From Prochlorococcus sp. MIT 0801 (GTDB lineage: Bacteria; Cyanobacteriota; Cyanobacteriia; PCC-6307; Cyanobiaceae), in the NCBI RefSeq assembly GCF_000757865.1, contig NZ_CP007754.1:240001-272000 (forward strand): DNA of 32,000 nt. The letters run 5' to 3'. The notes under the pieces were generated by a model that searched no databases, had not been told where the DNA came from, and was given only the letters and a program-made list of their open reading frames with translations. Shown here one piece after another: positions 16,987-25,826 of the stretch (within the stretch, counting starts at the first letter, position 1; the number at the start of each line of letters is the position of its first letter). Made by a program: the position numbers and the translations under genes.

Positions 16987-19782
16987 TTAGTTATCTATTA
17001 AAAAAAGAAGTTTTTTTGAATCATCATCTTTAGTTTCAACCCTTATTGATCTTGCATCTTCAAAAGCCTCTTCTAAAATTTGTGTGGCCAGCGGGTTTTC
17101 TAATCTTCTTCTAATCACTCTTCTTAGCGGTCTAGCCCCGTATTCAGGTTCATAGCCTTCTTCAGCAAGAATTTTAATAGTGTTTTCGTCAACAAAAAGG
17201 TCTAAACCTTGTTGCTTTAGAAGCTTTTTTAATTCATCAAGTTGAAGTCGAACTATTTGCTCTAGGCTGTCAGGTTTAAGTGGACTAAATCTTATTACTT
17301 CATCAATGCGGTTCAAAAATTCAGGTCGAAAATGTTTTGTTAGAGCTTCGTTGATTTTTTGATCTAATTCTTGTAAAAGAATATTTTTATTTGAATTTTC
17401 GCTTTGAAGTTGAAGTGAATTATTTAAGATTGCTTTGCTAGCAAGATTGCTTGTCATAACAATAACTGTATTTCTAAAATCTACTGTTCGACCTTGAGAA
17501 TCGGTCAGTCTTCCATCATCTAATACCTGTAAAAGGATGTTGAAAACTTCTTGATGAGCTTTCTCAATCTCATCAAGAAGCAAAACTGCATAAGGTCTTT
17601 TTCTAATTGCCTCTGTTAATTGACCACCTTCTTCGTAACCCACGTATCCGGGCGGTGCACCTAAGAGTCTTGAAACAGCATTCCTCTCCATATATTCACT
17701 CATATCAAGTCTCAACAAAGCGTCCTCTTCATCAAATAAAGAACTTGCTAATGATTTAGCAAGTTCAGTTTTTCCAACACCTGTAGGGCCCAGAAAAAGA
17801 AAGGATCCAATGGGCCTTCTTGTGTCCTGCATCCCAGCTCTTGCTCTACGTATTGCGGCTGAGATTGCTTGAACAGCATTTAGTTGGCCAATAACTTTTT
17901 TTTCTAAGTCTTGTTCTAAATTTAAAAGTTTCTGTCTTTCACCTGATAAAACCTTTCTAACAGGAATCCCTGTCCATCTTGAGACAACATCAGCTATGTC
18001 TTCTGGGTTGACTTTGTCTGTTAGTAAGGAATTACCATACTCATTGTCTTCTTGAATAGAAATTTCTATTTCTTTTATTCTTTCTTGTAATTGATAAAGT
18101 TGTTCATATTTAAGTCTTTCTACTTCTTCTATTTCACCAGAGCTTTCGACTTCTCTTATTAAGTTTTTTAATTCTTTGAGGCTTATTTTTAGTTCTTGTA
18201 ATTCAGCTGATTTATCAATCTGATTTTGCCATTTTTGTTTAATCTCAGCTAACTCAAAGAGCAGAAATTCTTTCTCTTCTTGAAAATTATTTATAGTCTC
18301 TAATGTTGTCTCTTTATTTGCATTTAGAATTGATGACTCTAAATCATTAACCTGAGATTCTTTCTCTTCTATAATTTTTGGTTTTGATGCAGATTCTATT
18401 CTTACTTGAGCTGAAGCCTCGTCGATTAAGTCAATAGCTTTATCTGGTAGGCATCTATCACTTATATATCTATGGGCCAAACGATTCGCTGTAATTAGTG
18501 CTTCATCTGTGATAATTACTCCGTGATGAACCTCGTAATTTTCTTTAAGTCCTTTTAAAATTTCTAAGCTTAAATCTAAGTTGGGTTCTTTGATTGATAC
18601 TTGCTGAAATCGTCTATTAAGAGCAAGGTCTTTTTCGATTGTACGTCTATAATTTTCCGGAGTAGTTGCCCCAATGCATCTTAAGTCTCCACTTGCTAAT
18701 AATGGTTTTAATAGACTACCAGCATCAATATTTGATCTGTCTTTGCTTACAATTGTGTGTAATTCATCTATGAATAGGATTACTCCTTTTTCACTATTGT
18801 TGATTTCACTTAATAATGATCTAAAGCGCTCTTCAAATTGTCCTCGAAATTTGGCTCCAGCAATTAATGCACCGATATCAAGTGAAATCAACCTTAAACC
18901 TTGAAGAGATTCAGGAAGTTCGTTGTCTACAATTTTTTGAGCTAATAATTCTGCAATTGCTGTTTTTCCAACACCAGGAGCACCAATCAGTACTGGATTG
19001 TTTTTACCTCTTCTAGATAATACTTTTGTAATTGCTTTTATTTCAGACTCTCTGCCAATCACAGGGTCTAAAGTTCCATTTTCAGCTTCAGTTGTAAGAT
19101 CTTTACAGTATAAATCTAAGGCACTTGGTGCCTCATTAAGGTTTAAAGGTTCTTGCTTTGATGTGATCTCTTCGTTAGAGCGAGGAGTAAGTGGCTTGGT
19201 TATTGGATCTTTTGAAGTAGTTTCGGTAGGGATAAAAGACTGTGAATCTTTCTGTGGTCGATTTGTTATTGGTTTGTCTTTATTCCTTTTTGATTGTTTA
19301 AATGATTTGGGTGCTGGTAGTCGACTCAATTCCGCTTCGAGAATTTCACTCGGTAGACCTGCTTGATAAAAAAGATCTTCTCCTAAGCGATTATCTCTGC
19401 CAATTGCCATGAGAATATGAGATATTTCTATTTGATTAGATCCCCATCGAGAGCGAAAATCATGAGCGACTTCAAGAAGAATTTCTAAGTCTTCTCCAAT
19501 AAATAAATCTGGTTGGTTGTTTATTGGTAGTTCAGCAATAAAGTTTTCTAAAATTTCATTTAAATCTTTATGGTTTACGGGTAAGGAATTTGTATATTTT
19601 TGATATTTTTTATTTCTAAAAAGCACTTCAATAAGATGCTCAACATCTAAGTTTTTATGTCTCCATCTTCTGGCTGATTGTTCAGCTATTAATAAAAGAC
19701 TCCAAGCTTCATCGCTAAAAGAATCTGGTTCTGTAGTTAGACTTCCATTCATTTTTGATGACTTTTGATTCAAAGTGGTCAT
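16987..19782 (-). CDS. clpB: ClpB-family AAA+ disaggregase paralog (ClpB2-like) with an extended N-domain to NBD1 linker
   Basis: 931 aa. Two AAA+ modules (Walker A GAPGVGKT and GPTGVGKT; Walker B ILFIDELH and VLLLDEIEKA), a long coiled-coil M-domain, and the NBD2 motif GAPPGYVGYEEGG. Confidence 0.92.
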   Translation of the reverse strand: MTTLNQKSSKMNGSLTTEPDSFSDEAWSLLLIAEQSARRWRHKNLDVEHLIEVLFRNKKYQKYTNSLPVNHKDLNEILENFIAELPINNQPDLFIGEDLEILLEVAHDFRSRWGSNQIEISHILMAIGRDNRLGEDLFYQAGLPSEILEAELSRLPAPKSFKQSKRNKDKPITNRPQKDSQSFIPTETTSKDPITKPLTPRSNEEITSKQEPLNLNEAPSALDLYCKDLTTEAENGTLDPVIGRESEIKAITKVLSRRGKNNPVLIGAPGVGKTAIAELLAQKIVDNELPESLQGLRLISLDIGALIAGAKFRGQFEERFRSLLSEINNSEKGVILFIDELHTIVSKDRSNIDAGSLLKPLLASGDLRCIGATTPENYRRTIEKDLALNRRFQQVSIKEPNLDLSLEILKGLKENYEVHHGVIITDEALITANRLAHRYISDRCLPDKAIDLIDEASAQVRIESASKPKIIEEKESQVNDLESSILNANKETTLETINNFQEEKEFLLFELAEIKQKWQNQIDKSAELQELKISLKELKNLIREVESSGEIEEVERLKYEQLYQLQERIKEIEISIQEDNEYGNSLLTDKVNPEDIADVVSRWTGIPVRKVLSGERQKLLNLEQDLEKKVIGQLNAVQAISAAIRRARAGMQDTRRPIGSFLFLGPTGVGKTELAKSLASSLFDEEDALLRLDMSEYMERNAVSRLLGAPPGYVGYEEGGQLTEAIRKRPYAVLLLDEIEKAHQEVFNILLQVLDDGRLTDSQGRTVDFRNTVIVMTSNLASKAILNNSLQLQSENSNKNILLQELDQKINEALTKHFRPEFLNRIDEVIRFSPLKPDSLEQIVRLQLDELKKLLKQQGLDLFVDENTIKILAEEGYEPEYGARPLRRVIRRRLENPLATQILEEAFEDARSIRVETKDDDSKKLLFLIDN

Positions 19783-19876
19783 TTGCCTACTGAATTTTGG
19801 TTGAGACCTTTCTATCTATATCTGTATTTTCTTTTAAGACAAATTTGATTGATTAGGTCTTGGAAAGCAAGCTAGA

Positions 19877-19905
19877 TTGGCAATTAAGGAACATATAGGA
19901 ATAAT
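19877..19905 (+). promoter_or_regulatory. Candidate sigma70-type promoter for eno
   Basis: TTGGCA (19877-19882), a 17-nt spacer, then AATAAT (19900-19905). This sits about 35 nt upstream of the GTG start of eno. Sequence match only. Confidence 0.35.
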
Positions 19906-19909
19906 GTAG

Positions 19910-21241
<1,332 letters not shown>

Positions 21242-21259
21242 TTTCAATAAACTAATAAA

Positions 21260-22939
21260 CTAGCGGGAGCCACCTCTTCCTTGGAAATTATCAAGTCGAT
21301 TTTCGTTTCTCATTTTGAATTGTAATGTGATCCAATTTAGAGCTATTGGAAACCCTGGAATTAATGGTATGAAAAATAAATATGGTTTGCTATTTGAGGC
21401 TAATAAAGCTGACGATATTGCAAGTGAGCCAAGGAGAACAGAATTCCCTAGTGTTTGTTGAGCGTTAATCATTCTTCTCAGTTGTCTGTCTGATTCACCC
21501 ATTCGTACTTGAAGTTGCAAGTCGCCTTGTTCAAGTCTTTCTAGATTTTCATCTAAGCGTTTTGGTAACCCAACAGCTTTACTGCCTATTTCAGTAACTT
21601 GTCTTCCTAATTCATTAAATAGATCATTAGAGTCTGGTTTCTTTGAAGTCATGAGAGGGAGAAGGAAGGGTTTTGCTATTGCTATTAAGTTGAATTCTGG
21701 GTCTAAATATCTTCCAACTCCTTCAAAAGTAGATAATGCTCTAAAAACAAAAATCAACTCAATTGGAATTCTAAAGGGTTTCCCATAAGCCAGCTCAGAT
21801 ATATCCCCAGAGAGCTTTTCTATTATTTGAGAATCAAAAGGAGGAGTGAGTGCTTCATTTAGCATTATTCTTATTAATCTTCTGACTGGACCTATTTCAA
21901 TATTTTCCTCTATTAATCCAGCAATTTGAAGTTCTTTGACTAGTCCACTAACGTCTCTCAGCGCTGCGGCTTTTATCATTGAATTGAGCCTGCCTCTAAT
22001 ACGCTCAGAGACAAAACCCATCATTCCAAAATCATAGTAAATGAGAGAACCACTCTTAGAAACAGCTAAATTACCAGGATGAGGGTCAGCATGAAAAAAA
22101 CCGTAATTAACTAATTGCTTCAAATAACTTGTAGCTCCAATCTTTGCTATTGAAGAAGTATCAATATCATTACTTTTTAGAGATTTAATGTCATTGATCT
22201 TAATTCCTGGTAAATACTCCAGGCATAAAACTTTACTGGTGCTTAAATCCCAAAATACACTTGGGATTAAAATATCTGAGTCATCTATAAATTGTTGTTT
22301 AAATCTTGCAGCATATTGAGCTTCAATTCGAAAATCTAGCTCTCTGAGTAATACTCTCCTAGACTCCTTTGCAATACCTATCCAGTCATTACCTCGACTT
22401 AAAGACTTTATTCTTTGTACTACTTTGGCAACTTGATTCATCACATCTAAGTCAAGCCTGAAAAACTTTTCTATATCTGGTCTTTGGACTTTAAAAATGA
22501 CATTTTTACCATTAATTAGTCTAGCTTTATGAACTTGAGCAAGTGATGCTGAGCCAATTGGATTTTTATCAATACTTATGATTTTTTTATATGAACTACC
22601 AAGTTGTGTTGTTAAAATTTCATCGACTTTTTCAAATGCAAAAGGTGGAACTCTGTCTTGTAAAGTGGTAAGCTCATTTACCCATACGGATGGAATAACA
22701 TCAGCCCTAGCAGATAAAAGTTGGCCTAATTTTATAAATGCTGATCCTAAATTAATGAATTCTTTTGTAATCCATTTTGCTCTTGAAGTAGTTCTTTTTT
22801 CTCTCTTTTTAGTGGTATATCCTTTTAGATAACTCCATTTTTTAGAATCAAACCATAAATAGAAAAGTAAACCTAATAATATTATCCAAATCCTAAAGGC
22901 TCTAAAAAATTTTTGAAGTTGACTAGCTATAAATATCAA
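21260..22939 (-). CDS. ABC1/UbiB (AarF/ADCK) family atypical protein kinase with a C-terminal membrane segment
   Basis: 559 aa with a TTG start. Motifs FIKLGQLLSARADV, GSASLAQVHKA and FFHADPHPGNL. Hydrophobic C-terminal segments are present. Confidence 0.88.
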   Translation of the reverse strand: MIFIASQLQKFFRAFRIWIILLGLLFYLWFDSKKWSYLKGYTTKKREKRTTSRAKWITKEFINLGSAFIKLGQLLSARADVIPSVWVNELTTLQDRVPPFAFEKVDEILTTQLGSSYKKIISIDKNPIGSASLAQVHKARLINGKNVIFKVQRPDIEKFFRLDLDVMNQVAKVVQRIKSLSRGNDWIGIAKESRRVLLRELDFRIEAQYAARFKQQFIDDSDILIPSVFWDLSTSKVLCLEYLPGIKINDIKSLKSNDIDTSSIAKIGATSYLKQLVNYGFFHADPHPGNLAVSKSGSLIYYDFGMMGFVSERIRGRLNSMIKAAALRDVSGLVKELQIAGLIEENIEIGPVRRLIRIMLNEALTPPFDSQIIEKLSGDISELAYGKPFRIPIELIFVFRALSTFEGVGRYLDPEFNLIAIAKPFLLPLMTSKKPDSNDLFNELGRQVTEIGSKAVGLPKRLDENLERLEQGDLQLQVRMGESDRQLRRMINAQQTLGNSVLLGSLAISSALLASNSKPYLFFIPLIPGFPIALNWITLQFKMRNENRLDNFQGRGGSR

Positions 22940-23247
22940 TTTTTTCCCTCAATATCTTTATTAATATCGATAACTTTTGATCTGAGATTATCTATTTGAA
23001 TTTGAATTGAATCTTCTTTGCTTAATTGTTCCTCAGAAGTATTTTCTTTTGATTCATTAGTCTTTTTTTCTAGACGTACGGATTCTTCAATAACCTCTTC
23101 TTTAAAGCTATCCCATTCATTTTGGAGTTTTTGGGGTAACTCTTCAGCAATTTCAGTAAATTCTTGAGCAGAATTTATCAATTTCTCTGTTATGCGAGCT
23201 GATATTCGGTTTATAGCTGCTTTAAGCAGTATCTCTGAGTCGCTCAA
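22936..23247 (-). CDS. Hypothetical small acidic coiled-coil protein
   Basis: 103-aa ORF, E/K/S-rich, with a heptad-like helical character. The only possible start is a TTG and there is no internal Met. Its stop overlaps the TTG start of the downstream ABC1 kinase (TTGA). Confidence 0.5.
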   Translation of the reverse strand: MSDSEILLKAAINRISARITEKLINSAQEFTEIAEELPQKLQNEWDSFKEEVIEESVRLEKKTNESKENTSEEQLSKEDSIQIQIDNLRSKVIDINKDIEGKN

Positions 23248-23514
23248 GAATCTAAATAATCAACTTACACTGTAGAAGATTTAGGTTTCTTTGTGTCTTC
23301 GGATTGAAACTAGGTATGGGCAGATTTGCTCTTAATCAATTAAATCTATTTAGAAGATTGTTTGTTATTGTTCATCTTAGAAAATTTTCATTAGAGTTGG
23401 ACAAGCAAACATTTGATTTGATTTGGGGAAAAAGTTTAATCTATTAACCCAAGTGATCTCAACACATTACTTTCTCTTCTTGAAAGAGAGCAAAACCTAC
23501 TAAGAGAATTTCCA

Positions 23515-24471
23515 TTGGAAACCATTGAAACTGATGTTGTCATAGTTGGTGGTGGGCCTGCTGGTTGCAGTTGTGCGCTTTACACCTCCCGAGCAGATTT
23601 AAGAACAGTAATCCTTGATAAGAATCCTGATGTAGGTGCGCTAGCAATAACCCATCAAATTGCTAATTATCCAGGAGTTTCAAGCGAAATGAGTGGAGAG
23701 GCCTTGTTGAAATTGATGAGAGATCAGGCTACCCAATATGGGGCTGATTATCGAAGAGCTCAAGTTTTTGGAGTAGATTCTAGTGGTGACTGGAAAACTA
23801 TCTACACCCCAGAAGGAACTTTTAAAGCAAAAGCACTTGTTGTTGCAAGTGGTGCAATGGGAAGGCCAGCATCATTCAAAGGTGAGGCTGAATTTCTTGG
23901 TAGAGGAGTTAGCTATTGCGCGACTTGTGATGGAGCTTTTTACAGAGATCGTGAGGTTGCCGTTGTTGGTATCAATAAAGAAGCAATCGAAGAAGCAAAT
24001 GTTCTTACAAAATTTGCTTCTAAAGTTCATTGGATAACATCTAATGATCCAAAATCAGATGACCATCATGCGCAAGACCTCTTATCAAAACCAAATGTAA
24101 ACCATTGGAGTAAGACTAGGTTAATGCAGATCGAAGGTAATGATGCTGGTGTAACAGGCATTAAGGTCAAAAATCGTTCAATTGATACTCATCAAGATTT
24201 AGCTCTTGAAGGAGTTTTTGTTTACATGAGCGGATCAAAGCCAATTACAGACTTTCTTGGTGAACAGGTTGCTTTTAAGGAAGATGGCGGGGTTTTGGTG
24301 GATGATTTTATGTCAACAACAGTAGAAGGGGTTTGGGCAATTGGCGACATTAGAAATACCCCTTTTAAGCAAGCTGTTGTAGCCGCATCGGATGGATGTA
24401 TAGCCGCTATGGCAATAGATAGATATTTAAATAGTCGAAAATCAATTCGTGTCGATTGGGTTCATGCGTGA
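23515..24471 (+). CDS. Thioredoxin-reductase-like flavoprotein with degenerate NADPH-binding motifs (DTR/FFTR-like)
   Basis: 318 aa with a TTG start. FAD motif VIVGGGPAG and redox CxxC in SYCATCDGAFY. The second dinucleotide motif reads VVGINKEAIEEA rather than GGGNSAxEEA, and HRRxxxR is replaced by ITSNDPKSD. Confidence 0.88.
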   Translation: METIETDVVIVGGGPAGCSCALYTSRADLRTVILDKNPDVGALAITHQIANYPGVSSEMSGEALLKLMRDQATQYGADYRRAQVFGVDSSGDWKTIYTPEGTFKAKALVVASGAMGRPASFKGEAEFLGRGVSYCATCDGAFYRDREVAVVGINKEAIEEANVLTKFASKVHWITSNDPKSDDHHAQDLLSKPNVNHWSKTRLMQIEGNDAGVTGIKVKNRSIDTHQDLALEGVFVYMSGSKPITDFLGEQVAFKEDGGVLVDDFMSTTVEGVWAIGDIRNTPFKQAVVAASDGCIAAMAIDRYLNSRKSIRVDWVHA

Positions 24472-24494
24472 CAAAAATAATTGAGAAGTATTTT

Positions 24495-24776
24495 TCAAAG
24501 AGGAGTTGCTTCTGAAACATATGCAACACCTCCGTAGTAACTCAAAACAGATTTTATATTCTCTCGTATTTTATCAATTATCTCTTGCTCACAAAAAATA
24601 ATTACATGTGCATTTGATCCAAATCCTGTAAATTCCATATCTTCTGTGATAATTCTTTCTGGGCCTCTTCCAGTTGCATGTTTCATAACTGTATAGCCAG
24701 GAACTTCAGCCTTTTCTAATGCTGATAGAACATCATCTAGTTCTCTTTCACTAAAAATCAAGTCTAGTCTTTTCAT
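24495..24776 (-). CDS. sbtB: P-II-fold signalling protein, SbtB-like
   Basis: 93 aa. Layout is beta-alpha-beta, T-loop, beta-alpha-beta, with a GYTVM motif and a T-loop-like GRGPERIITEDMEFTGFGSN. It starts 11 nt downstream of the sbtA-like gene. Confidence 0.78.
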   Translation of the reverse strand: MKRLDLIFSERELDDVLSALEKAEVPGYTVMKHATGRGPERIITEDMEFTGFGSNAHVIIFCEQEIIDKIRENIKSVLSYYGGVAYVSEATPL

Positions 24777-24787
24777 GTTTTTGAATA

Positions 24788-25780
24788 TTAAATTTGAGGA
24801 ATCATTGTGTTTACTAAGCTCATATAAACAGGTATTCCAAATATTATGTTAAAAGGAAAGGTTAAGCCTAGAGTGGTTGAAATGTAATAACTAGGTCTAG
24901 CTTCAGGCACTGTCATTCTCATTGCTGTTGGCACCGCAAGATATGAAGCACTTGCACATAGAACAACAAATAAGAGTGCGTTTCCAGGATCTAAATTTAG
25001 TAATCTTGCCACGACTGAACCTAATATTGCATTAACTATTGGCATCAATATCGAAAATATAATAAGAAAAGCACCGGTTTTATTTAAACGAGCGAGCCTT
25101 TGAGCTGCCACAATTCCCATATCTAGTAAAAAGAAACATTCAGCCCCATAAAAAAGTTCTCCAGTAAATGGTTCCATTTTTTTTATGTCAGAGGGATCAA
25201 CAGCTGATGTTAAAAAACCTATTAAAAGGCTTCCAAGTAATAAATAAACTGAACCATTAAGCATTGACTCATGAAGAATTGAGCCCCATTTCATTTTTCT
25301 TTTGATAGGCCTATCTTTGGTTGCTCCAAACTTAACTAATAGAAGACCAATTATTATTGCTGGAGACTCCATAAGTGCTAAAGCTGCAACCATAAAACCA
25401 TCAAAGGGTATATTTTGACTTTCTAAAAAGCTTTCAGCAGTTATAAATGTAACGGCACTTATTGATCCATATGCTGCAGATATTGCGGCTGCATTAAAAA
25501 CATCAAATTTAAATCTTAGTATTACAAAGCAAATTAGAGGGATTAAAAGAGACATAAATATTGCAGCAACCACAGTTGGAAGAACTGGATAACTGAAGCC
25601 ACTTTTCTGAAGTTCAATCCCTCCTTTGAAGCCTATTGCAAGTAAAAGATATAAAGAAAATAATTTTGGTAGGGGAGCTGGAATCTCAAAGTCAGACTTT
25701 AATGCGTATGCAATTGCACCCAAAAAGAAAAAAAGTATGGGCGGACTTAAAGCATTTTGGATGAAAAGGTTTTGTCCCAT
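24788..25780 (-). CDS. sbtA: Sbt_1/DUF897-family permease, SbtA-like putative sodium-dependent bicarbonate transporter
   Basis: 330 aa and about 10 TM helices in two halves. Resembles SbtA (SPPILFFFLGAI...IGFKGGIEL...ASASYLAVPTAMR). Paired with a P-II-like gene, as sbtA-sbtB pairs are. Confidence 0.78.
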   Translation of the reverse strand: MGQNLFIQNALSPPILFFFLGAIAYALKSDFEIPAPLPKLFSLYLLLAIGFKGGIELQKSGFSYPVLPTVVAAIFMSLLIPLICFVILRFKFDVFNAAAISAAYGSISAVTFITAESFLESQNIPFDGFMVAALALMESPAIIIGLLLVKFGATKDRPIKRKMKWGSILHESMLNGSVYLLLGSLLIGFLTSAVDPSDIKKMEPFTGELFYGAECFFLLDMGIVAAQRLARLNKTGAFLIIFSILMPIVNAILGSVVARLLNLDPGNALLFVVLCASASYLAVPTAMRMTVPEARPSYYISTTLGLTFPFNIIFGIPVYMSLVNTMIPQI

Positions 25781-25826
25781 TTCTTGTTAGTTCTTAAAGC
25801 AAGCAATCAGATAAAAGTATTAATTA

